Origin: an uncultured bacterium
Lineage (GTDB): Bacteria > Patescibacteriota > Gracilibacteria > UBA1369 > PNNO01
Direction: 5' to 3'
Assembly (NCBI GenBank): GCA_963704705.1
Contig: OY969931.1
Span: 1,260,001 to 1,292,000, forward strand
Length of the DNA stretch: 32,000 nt
Below, piece by piece: positions 8,223 to 15,215 of the stretch. The number at the start of each line of letters is the position of its first letter. The stretch's first letter is position 1. Both the position numbers and the translations under genes were made by a program. A model generated the notes under the pieces. It did no database searches. It had not been told where the DNA came from and saw nothing but the letters and a program-made list of their open reading frames with translations.

Positions 8223-11200
8223 ATGGAAAATAACTATACAAACAGGAAGGTCGACCGTATTGAGGTCGATAAGTCCCAAAAATATCTCTGGAAGTATATC
8301 CAGGAAAAAAAGCATCTTGGCCTTAGCCAGCAAACAGCAAAAGCCAAAAAGGCGCATAATTCTTCTTGGTTCACGCCTAAAAAGTTTGCTTGGCTAGGAA
8401 CAATTGCGGCGCTCACAATTATTGCTGTTCTTGTCGTGCCAAATCTGCAAAATTTACTAAAAGGTGACATTACCGGCCAATCGATGATTGCAAATGCGCA
8501 TTTTACAATGACCGCAGACTCGCAGGATTCAGCCGGAATCGACAGCAAATCTTCTTTCACGCTCACCTCTGATGTTGATTTGGATGCTGCGTTGATTGAA
8601 GCGAATTTGGAATCGCTGCCAACCATTGATCTTAATGTTACTAAGATTGAAGCAGGAAAATATAAAGTGGAACCAGCGCAAAATCTTGAATCAAATACTA
8701 TATATAACTTCACGATCACAAGTGTTAATGAAGGCAAAACCGAAGAATTCAGCTGGGCTTATCAGGTTAAAGATGAATTTAAAATTTACGGATCAATGCC
8801 GGGTGACAAAACAACAAGCGTGCCTATTAATAGCGGAATCGAAATCGCATTCTCGCATGAAAATTACGACACAGAACAAGTAAAAAATTATTTTGAAATT
8901 TCACCTGCAACCGAAGGTTCATTTGAAAAACACAACAGAGTATTGGTTTTTGTTCCGACAAAAGGCTTAAATCCAAGCACAATTTACACTGTAACCGTTA
9001 AAGCAGGTTTACCTTTAAAAGATTCAGATAAAAAACTCGCTGAAGATTTCTCATTCAGTTTTGAAACTTCTAATGTAAGTTCAACAGGCGGTACAAACTT
9101 TTATTTTAATCAGGATTATTACGAGATCGGCACAAACATGCCGGTTGCAATGGGAGCTGCATGGTATGGCATGACTGATGAAGCAACTGACAACACTGTA
9201 AATGTTAAAATCCACAAATTTAAATCTGAAGAAGATTACATAAAAGTAGTTAAAGAGCGAAACGAAATTCCTTCATGGGCTCGCTATGCAAAAGAGAATT
9301 ACGCTTACAATCGTGATCAAATGAATTATATGGGTGAGTTCGACGGCACCATTGAAGAAATTGAATACAGCAAATTTATTTATGTCCCAACTGCCCAGCT
9401 TGAGCCTGGATTTTACCTGTTCACAGCCCAAAACAACGATAAAGTTTCAACCACACTGGTTCAGATCACTGATCTTTCAAGCTATATCAATCTTACAAAA
9501 GACGGCAATTTGGTTTGGGTAAATGATGTTTCAACAGGACAGCCTGTTAATAACGCAACTGTTGAATTATTGGATGAAAATAAATCAATCAAAACAAATG
9601 CAGATGGTATCGCTACATTTAATATGGATTTCTCAGATACTGGAAGCATTATTATAAAAGTCACTTCTCCTGACGGAAAAGTTCAGATTTCAAACTTATA
9701 TATTAATGAATACCAAAAAGAAGCAGCGAATTTAGCTGATTACTGGTATACATTTACAACTGACAGACCAGTTTACCAGCCCAGTGATACAATAGAATTC
9801 TGGGGCTTCTTAAAGCCTAAATCAGGCGACACGCAGGTTGGTGAAATTAAGGCTGAATTATATCAGGGTGGATATTTCTGGAACCTCGGAACTTATAGCG
9901 AAGAAGTTATCGCTGAAAAAGGCAATAACAATACTTTCCATGGAAATCTAGAAACTCAGGATCTGCCACCGGGTTATTACACACTAAGTATATATAATGA
10001 CGACGAGTTAATTTCGCAGGAATATATTGAAATTGTCAGTTATGCAAAACCTTCATATCAAATAGATGTGACAACTGATAAAAGAGCTATTTTCTACGAT
10101 GAAAAAATCAAAGTTGATATTATAAGCAGGTTCTTTGATGGTACGCCTGTGCCATTCCTTAAACTTTATTATAATGTTGCAGATCAGCTTACCACTGATG
10201 CAAACGGCAAATACAGTTTTGAATACACTCCTAAATCAGACTTTTATTGTTCTGATGACGGGCAATCTTGCGAAAATTTTCGCAATGAATATTTAACTTT
10301 TGATCCGGTTCCAAAAGAAGATTCCATGATTTCGGGTAAAGCCAATGTTAGGGTTTTCAAATCGCGTATTGCAATTAAAGCTAAGACTAAAACTGAGAAC
10401 AATATTGCGAATGTAAAAATCACAACTAATAAAGTTGATTTAACACCTTTAAATGAAGATGAAAACGCAGGCTACAACGATTACCTGGGAGAAGCAGCGC
10501 CAAATAGAGATATCAAAGGAAAACTAATTGAATTTTGGTGGGATAAAATCGAAACCGGTGAACATTATGATTTTATAAATAAAATTACAGTTAAAGAATA
10601 CAGATATGAAACCAGAGAAAATATTGTTGGCGAAATAAGTCTTTCTTCAGATGCAAACGGTGAAGCAGAATATAATTTTGAAATGCAGCCAAATAAACAT
10701 TACAGAGTAGTTCTAAATGCTGCTGATGATCAGGGTAAACTTTCTCATACAACCGCTTACGCTTATGGCAAAACAACAAACAATGATGAGTACAAAAGAA
10801 TAAAAATATTAAATTCAGAAGAAGAATACGGCCCTTATAAATTTGAGCTTGGCAAAGCAGTTGAAACCGCGATTGTTGCGCAGGACAGCGTTATCACACC
10901 TAAAGAGAATGAAAAATACTTATTCATGCAGCTAAATAACGGCTTAACCGAATATGCTGTTAAAGCCAGTCCTACTTACAACTTCACCTTCAAGCAGGCG
11001 CAGGTTCCTGGTGTTAGAGTTGAGGGCATAATTTTCACAGGTAAATATTATGAAACTGTGTGGGGTGATACTGTTATGTATGATCCAAAAGAAAAAACAA
11101 TTAATGTTGAGGTAAAAGCTAACAAAGATACTTTTGAACCCGGCGAAAAAGCCACTTTAACAGTTAAAACAACAGACCTAAACGGAAAACCTGTTTCAGC

Positions 11201-13544
11201 TGAAGTTCTGCTGGATCTTGTTGATGAAGCTTATTATGAACTCTTCTGGGATTCGCTTGAAAATCCATTGGACGAACTTTATAGATTTATTAATGACGGA
11301 GTTTATTCAACTTACAGCACGCATGAAAATCCAATGGTAAAAACAGAAGGAGGTTTAGGCGGATGCTTTAAAGAAGGAACAAAAATATTAATGGATGATA
11401 TGGGTTATAAAAATATTGAAGATATCGAAGTTGGTGATTTTATTACAACAAAGGAATCTGCCTTATCTGACCGTTTTGTTAAAGCAAAGGTTCTTAAATT
11501 GCAAAAGCACACTGTTAGCGCGTATCTTGTAATTAATGAGGATTTGGAAGTTACACCTGAACATGTTGTGTTTGTTAACGGTCATTTTGACCTGGCAGGC
11601 AAAGTTAAAGTTGGCGACACTATGCTGGATAAAGACGGTAATTCAATTGAGGTATGGGGTGTGCGCAAAGTTTATGAGCCAACTAAAGTTTATAATTTTG
11701 AAGTTGAACACTACCACACTTACTTTGCAAATAATTACTATGTTCATAATGACAAAGGCGGTGCGCGAAGCGAATTTAAAGACACTGCTTTATTCAAATC
11801 TGTAACTACAAACGGCAGTGGTGATGCGCAAATTACTTTCGAACTTCCTGATAACATTACCAGCTGGCGTGTTACAGCGCTTGCAATTGATTCGGATCAA
11901 ATACGTGCGGGTCGTGGCGGCGGCAACATAATTGTAACTAAACCGTTCTTTGCAGACCTTGTAATGAACAAAGAATATTCAATAAAGGACGAACCTAATA
12001 TTGGCTTAAGAGCATACGGAAAAGAAATAACAAAAGACGACAATGTTACCTTTACTGTTGGAGACGATGTAATTAACGGCAAAGCTTATACAGCTGTTGA
12101 TTACAAGCTTCCTAAACTTGAACTTGGCGAACATGAACTTAGACTTGATGCAAAATCAGGCAACTACGAAGATGCGCTAATTGAAAAATATGAAGTTGTC
12201 GGCTCTCGCCTAAAACAGACTAATGTTGAAATTTTACCTACCGTAACCGAAGAAACAGACTTCCCAATGCCGAGTGAAGGCTATGCGAAAGTTTACTTCT
12301 TAAATGCCGGACTTGCAGGCCACTACGGACAATTACTTTCACTTTATTATACAAATGGCGAACGACTTGACCAAAAATTATCAGAACAAATTGGCAAAGA
12401 TTTAATTAATGAATATTTTGATTTGGGATTTGTTGATAGAACGGTTTTTGATCCGGCAGATTATCAAAATTTTGATGGCGGATTAAAACTACTTCAATAT
12501 GCTGACCCTGATTTGAAATTAACAGCCTTGGCAACTGCTGTTGATCCAAAAGATAACAGGTTTTCAAAAGCGAGTCTTAAATCATATTTCTATCAAAAAT
12601 ATATGGATAAAGACGCAAATCTCGAAGAAGTTGTTCTTTCATTACTTGGATTGGCCAGTATTGATGAGCCTGTTCTTCAAAGTCTTCAAATCATAAAAGA
12701 TGAACCAAAATTAAGCCTGGAAGATAAAATTTATATTGGTCTTGCATTTGCCGAACTTGGAAGCAAAAACGATGCATCACAAATTTATAATGAAGTTAAA
12801 GGTTCGTTTATGAATGATAACCCTGACCAGACCGCTCTTGGAACAGTGCTTGCTGCTGCGGTTGGAGAAAAAGACGATGCATTCAAATACTGGGAATATG
12901 TGGGACGAAAACAGTTAAAAGATGATATTCCAAACATTTATTTAATGGGATATTTAAAATATTCATTAAAAACAGCTGACCCTGACAGTGTTAAGTTTAC
13001 GGCACGAATCGGCGATACTGAAAAAGAAGTCGAGCTTGATAAATGTGAAACTTTCAACACTCTTGCAAGCAGCTTTAAAGGTTTAAGTGTTGCAAATGTT
13101 GATGGCGATTTGGCTGCGGTTGTTGTGTACGACGAAGCAATTGAACCAAGTGAATTTAAAAGATCCGATATAATAAATATTAGCAGGTCATACAAAGTTA
13201 ATGGCGTAGAAACAACCGATTTTACCGAAGGTGATTTGGTTGAGGTAAACCTTGCAATAAATTATTCAGGTGAAGGCGACGCTTACTTCCAAATTACAGA
13301 TGTGCTGCCTAGCGGACTTAAAATATTAAGCAGTTCAGGTGCACCATTTGGAACAAATGGCCAGGAAGTTTTCTATGGCTGGTCTACCAAAACTCCGCGA
13401 AACATAAGTTATTATGCAACTGTTGTTAATAGCGGTAAGTTCTATGCTGACCCAGCGCGAATATCAAAATATGATGACTGGGAAATCGCAAATATATCTG
13501 AACCTGTATTTATAACAATTTCGAGTTATAATGAGGCCCCATAA
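8223..13544 (+). CDS. membrane-anchored alpha-2-macroglobulin-like giant surface protein (thioester motif absent) with inserted Hint domain
   Basis: The ATG lies 2 nt after the sigma stop. A ~55-aa N-terminal cytoplasmic segment precedes one TM helix (FAWLGTIAALTIIAVLVVP). Ig-like repeats follow, then an MG-domain signature TDRPVYQPSDTIEFWGFLKP. The A2M-family signature is RSEFKDTALFKSVTTNGSGDAQITFELPDNITSWRVTALA, and the C-terminus carries ITDVLPSGLKILS. The protein has only 4 Cys and none sits in a CxEQ context. Confidence 0.75.
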   Translation: MENNYTNRKVDRIEVDKSQKYLWKYIQEKKHLGLSQQTAKAKKAHNSSWFTPKKFAWLGTIAALTIIAVLVVPNLQNLLKGDITGQSMIANAHFTMTADSQDSAGIDSKSSFTLTSDVDLDAALIEANLESLPTIDLNVTKIEAGKYKVEPAQNLESNTIYNFTITSVNEGKTEEFSWAYQVKDEFKIYGSMPGDKTTSVPINSGIEIAFSHENYDTEQVKNYFEISPATEGSFEKHNRVLVFVPTKGLNPSTIYTVTVKAGLPLKDSDKKLAEDFSFSFETSNVSSTGGTNFYFNQDYYEIGTNMPVAMGAAWYGMTDEATDNTVNVKIHKFKSEEDYIKVVKERNEIPSWARYAKENYAYNRDQMNYMGEFDGTIEEIEYSKFIYVPTAQLEPGFYLFTAQNNDKVSTTLVQITDLSSYINLTKDGNLVWVNDVSTGQPVNNATVELLDENKSIKTNADGIATFNMDFSDTGSIIIKVTSPDGKVQISNLYINEYQKEAANLADYWYTFTTDRPVYQPSDTIEFWGFLKPKSGDTQVGEIKAELYQGGYFWNLGTYSEEVIAEKGNNNTFHGNLETQDLPPGYYTLSIYNDDELISQEYIEIVSYAKPSYQIDVTTDKRAIFYDEKIKVDIISRFFDGTPVPFLKLYYNVADQLTTDANGKYSFEYTPKSDFYCSDDGQSCENFRNEYLTFDPVPKEDSMISGKANVRVFKSRIAIKAKTKTENNIANVKITTNKVDLTPLNEDENAGYNDYLGEAAPNRDIKGKLIEFWWDKIETGEHYDFINKITVKEYRYETRENIVGEISLSSDANGEAEYNFEMQPNKHYRVVLNAADDQGKLSHTTAYAYGKTTNNDEYKRIKILNSEEEYGPYKFELGKAVETAIVAQDSVITPKENEKYLFMQLNNGLTEYAVKASPTYNFTFKQAQVPGVRVEGIIFTGKYYETVWGDTVMYDPKEKTINVEVKANKDTFEPGEKATLTVKTTDLNGKPVSAEVLLDLVDEAYYELFWDSLENPLDELYRFINDGVYSTYSTHENPMVKTEGGLGGCFKEGTKILMDDMGYKNIEDIEVGDFITTKESALSDRFVKAKVLKLQKHTVSAYLVINEDLEVTPEHVVFVNGHFDLAGKVKVGDTMLDKDGNSIEVWGVRKVYEPTKVYNFEVEHYHTYFANNYYVHNDKGGARSEFKDTALFKSVTTNGSGDAQITFELPDNITSWRVTALAIDSDQIRAGRGGGNIIVTKPFFADLVMNKEYSIKDEPNIGLRAYGKEITKDDNVTFTVGDDVINGKAYTAVDYKLPKLELGEHELRLDAKSGNYEDALIEKYEVVGSRLKQTNVEILPTVTEETDFPMPSEGYAKVYFLNAGLAGHYGQLLSLYYTNGERLDQKLSEQIGKDLINEYFDLGFVDRTVFDPADYQNFDGGLKLLQYADPDLKLTALATAVDPKDNRFSKASLKSYFYQKYMDKDANLEEVVLSLLGLASIDEPVLQSLQIIKDEPKLSLEDKIYIGLAFAELGSKNDASQIYNEVKGSFMNDNPDQTALGTVLAAAVGEKDDAFKYWEYVGRKQLKDDIPNIYLMGYLKYSLKTADPDSVKFTARIGDTEKEVELDKCETFNTLASSFKGLSVANVDGDLAAVVVYDEAIEPSEFKRSDIINISRSYKVNGVETTDFTEGDLVEVNLAINYSGEGDAYFQITDVLPSGLKILSSSGAPFGTNGQEVFYGWSTKTPRNISYYATVVNSGKFYADPARISKYDDWEIANISEPVFITISSYNEAP
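11364..11750 (+). other. Hint (mini-intein / bacterial intein-like) domain embedded in the A2M-like ORF, residues 1048-1176
   Basis: Starts with Cys (TGC 11364-11366) in CFKEGTKILMDDMGY (block A-like). Contains LEVTPEHVVF (TxxH, block B-like) and VYNFEVEHYHTYFANNYYVHN (block F/G-like, ending His-Asn at 11745-11750). At 129 aa there is no room for a homing endonuclease. The +1 residue is Asp, and the flanks are Gly-rich (EGGLGG / DKGG). Confidence 0.8.
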
Positions 13545-13555
13545 CTTATAATATT

Positions 13556-14182
13556 ATGAAGAAATTTATAGTAACAATACTTGCGTTAAGCCTTTTAACA
13601 GCTTGTAATTCTCCGGCACAAACTACCGAAGGCACTCAGGAATTAAATATTGATCTTGCTAAAATACAAATGCAGATTCCATCTAATTTGCATATCGAGA
13701 TTCAGCGAAAACCTAATTCGGAACCAAGAATATATGTTGTTTTAGGCGAAGAATATTACACAAACGGAGAAATAAACCCATTGATAAGATTTACAATTGA
13801 AGAAAAGAATTTTGAGGAATGGATGACTGAAAACTGGGATGCTCCTTTCTACCCTCTTGAAAATTCATGTGAGGTTGAAAAGCCGATGATAGGTGAAATT
13901 TTCGGTTGTGAACAATCCGCTGATAACATTACCTCATACTATCAAACCAATAAAATGGGTGAATTGAGTGCTGTTAAAAAATATTATTTTGAACGTGAAG
14001 GAAATGATTGGCCGAAAATTGAAATTTGGGTTGATCTATACACTGATGATTTCAAAGAAAAACTCGGACCAAATCCAACTTATGAATCAATGAAAGCAGA
14101 ATTTGCAAAATTGCAGCTTACTGCAGAGCAAAAACATCGCATTAAATTAGCTGAGGATATTATAAAATCGATGAAATATTAA
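13556..14182 (+). CDS. predicted lipoprotein, function unknown
   Basis: MKKFIVTILALSLLTAC has a lipobox (L-T-A-C). It starts 11 nt after the A2M-like gene on the same strand. Confidence 0.65.
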   Translation: MKKFIVTILALSLLTACNSPAQTTEGTQELNIDLAKIQMQIPSNLHIEIQRKPNSEPRIYVVLGEEYYTNGEINPLIRFTIEEKNFEEWMTENWDAPFYPLENSCEVEKPMIGEIFGCEQSADNITSYYQTNKMGELSAVKKYYFEREGNDWPKIEIWVDLYTDDFKEKLGPNPTYESMKAEFAKLQLTAEQKHRIKLAEDIIKSMKY

Positions 14183-14227
14183 TTACTAAGTAATTGGTAC
14201 TTACTAAGTAACCCCGCCTTACTAAGT
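14181..14227. repeat. three copies of TTACTAAGT phased at exactly 18 bp, with palindromic cores
   Basis: Copies lie at 14183-14191, 14201-14209 and 14219-14227. Copy 1 sits in a 15-bp perfect palindrome AATTACTAAGTAATT (14181-14195) that overlaps the lipoprotein stop codon. Copy 2 sits in TACTTACTAAGTA (14198-14210, 6-1-6 palindrome). Confidence 0.7.
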
Positions 14228-14238
14228 GGGGTTATTTT
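14209..14238 (+). terminator. possible intrinsic terminator of the sigma/A2M/lipoprotein operon
   Basis: Stem TAACCCC (14209-14215) pairs with GGGGTTA (14228-14234), a 12-nt loop contains repeat copy 3, and TTTT follows. The large loop makes it weak. Confidence 0.4.
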
Positions 14239-14244
14239 ATATAC

Positions 14245-14272
14245 TTGACTTTTTTATAAATTATGTTAGAAT
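14245..14272 (+). promoter_or_regulatory. sigma-70-type promoter with extended -10
   Basis: TTGACT (14245-14250), a 16-nt spacer, then TGtTAGAAT (TG 14264-14265, TAGAAT 14267-14272). It points into the leader of the Cys-rich ORF. Confidence 0.5.
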
Positions 14273-14431
14273 TTACATCTTGCCCTTTAAAAACTACGAT
14301 TATTCGTAGCTTTGGAGTAATCCAAGTTAAAAGTCCTATCCGTTTTCTTTATGAATGATGGAGAGGCTTTAAAATGGACCTCTCTAAAGCTATTTGCTTA
14401 CAACCCACACCCATTTAAGGAGGTGACACAC

Positions 14432-14659
14432 ATGTCGATGCATCAGCAGACCGAGCTATCCCTGGACGCCCAGACCGTGCACGACCTCATCAAGGGCACA
14501 CTAACGGACCTCGTTTGCCAGGACTCCGAGTTCTGTGACGAGCCGGATCCCTGCCCACTGACCGGCCACCCCAAGGAGCAGACGCCGAAGCGCAAGTGCG
14601 ACGCGTGTATGGACTACTCCTGCGATAACCACCCCATCAACAACTGCCATAGCAAATAG
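14432..14659 (+). CDS. small Cys-rich protein (75 aa), unknown family, compositionally foreign
   Basis: AAGGAGGTG (14417-14425) lies 8 nt before the ATG at 14432, which is in frame with track ORF 14351..14659. The product is MSMHQQTELSLDAQTVHDLIKGTLTDLVCQDSEFCDEPDPCPLTGHPKEQTPKRKCDACMDYSCDNHPINNCHSK, with 7 Cys. By hand count, 63 of 75 codons end in G/C and the first 60 nt are 60% GC, in an AT-rich genome. A terminator hairpin follows. Confidence 0.6.
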   Translation: MSMHQQTELSLDAQTVHDLIKGTLTDLVCQDSEFCDEPDPCPLTGHPKEQTPKRKCDACMDYSCDNHPINNCHSK

Positions 14660-14672
14660 AACGAGAGGGATC

Positions 14673-14707
14673 GGCTCGGCTGACTTTACATCAGCCGGGC
14701 CTTTTCC
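14673..14707 (+). terminator. intrinsic terminator after the Cys-rich ORF
   Basis: GGCTCGGCTGA (14673-14683), loop ctttaca, then TCAGCCGGGCC (14691-14701). This is an 11-bp stem with one G.U pair, followed by TTTT (14702-14705). It abuts the stop of the convergent DUF134-like gene. Confidence 0.65.
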
Positions 14708-15165
14708 TAATTATTGGCATTTCCGCGACCTAAACCGCGTCCTTGCCCGCGGCCAGGACCGCGACCCTGTCCTCTAGCCAAAGGTTTTTGCTGCATAGGC
14801 TTTTTTGCTCCTTCGCATTTTCCATATCCTCTGCCTGTCATTGGACCTTTGCCTTCCGGACCGGTACCATCAAGATTTGGCATGTTATTTATTGTTAAGA
14901 TTTTAATTGCTTGTCCTTTAAATATTGCTTTCGCAACTTTGTGCCGACCCGAATTTACCATTCTGCAAATTGTCGGTTTTGAAATATTCATTTCTTTTGC
15001 GGCTTCATCCATATTCATATTTAGATAATCAACAAGGCGCATCGCTTCAACTTCATCTTCAATTAATTCAACTTCTTCAAGGTTCCTAAGAGGGATTCCC
15101 TGCGGTTTATAATAATTTACCTTAAGCTCATTGGTTATTCTTCTAAGTTTTTTTAAAGGCGGCAT
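14707..15165 (-). CDS. DUF134 (UPF0251) HTH protein fused to a DUF5320-like segment with a C-terminal Arg-Gly repeat tail
   Basis: YYKPQGIPLRNLEEVELIEDEVEAMRLVDYLNMNMDEAAKEMNISKPTICRMVNSGRHKVAKAIFKGQAIKI matches the DUF134 pattern as I recall it. MPNLDGTGPEGKGPMTGRGYGKC matches the DUF5320 pattern. The tail is RGQGRGPGRGQGRGLGRG. Confidence 0.7.
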   Translation of the reverse strand: MPPLKKLRRITNELKVNYYKPQGIPLRNLEEVELIEDEVEAMRLVDYLNMNMDEAAKEMNISKPTICRMVNSGRHKVAKAIFKGQAIKILTINNMPNLDGTGPEGKGPMTGRGYGKCEGAKKPMQQKPLARGQGRGPGRGQGRGLGRGNANN

Positions 15166-15181
15166 ATTTAGTTGGATTTAA

Positions 15182-15199
15182 TATGAAACATATTTCATA
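15182..15199. promoter_or_regulatory. 7-4-7 palindrome in the divergent DUF134 / sigma-2 intergenic region (candidate operator)
   Basis: TATGAAA-cata-TTTCATA. The AT-rich composition means chance occurrence is plausible. Confidence 0.25.
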
Positions 15200-15215
15200 A
15201 CAATAATAAACTTAT

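Noticed and set aside
8234-8737. Antisense and alternative-frame ORFs inside long genes (for example 8234..8737-, 11536..11805+, 27115..27690+, 29476..30060+, 23883..24350+).
   Set aside because: They lie entirely within well-supported genes on the opposite strand or in another frame. They have low-complexity or hydrophobic mirror-image composition and no independent start or regulatory signals.
11364-11753. A canonical splicing intein, or a homing-endonuclease-bearing intein, in the giant ORF.
   Set aside because: The residue after the terminal His-Asn is Asp, not Cys/Ser/Thr. The module is only 129 aa, with no endonuclease. It sits in a Gly-rich linker of a surface protein rather than in a conserved active-site motif. 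It is better described as a BIL-type or cleaving Hint domain, although non-canonical splicing cannot be excluded from sequence alone.
14360-14400. A preQ1-I-like riboswitch, based on a small hairpin plus a 3' tail pairing into the loop.
   Set aside because: The topology resembles one, but the conserved A-rich tail and loop nucleotides are missing. The element is about 30 nt away from the Shine-Dalgarno sequence, and the downstream gene has no link to queuosine.
14351-14431. The upstream ATG at 14351 as the start of the Cys-rich ORF (102-aa version).
   Set aside because: The first 27 codons are AT-rich like the leader and have no ribosome-binding site. The ATG at 14432 is preceded by AAGGAGGTG at ideal spacing and coincides with the compositional switch.
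14279-14707. A GC-rich structured RNA gene (tmRNA, RNase P RNA, SRP RNA) explaining the GC island.
   Set aside because: The GC excess is concentrated at codon position 3 of one frame (63/75 codons), which is a coding signature. I could not find tmRNA ends (GGGG..., ...CCACCA-type acceptor), a plausible tag peptide, or RNase P conserved blocks beyond a trivial AAAGTCC match at about 14330.
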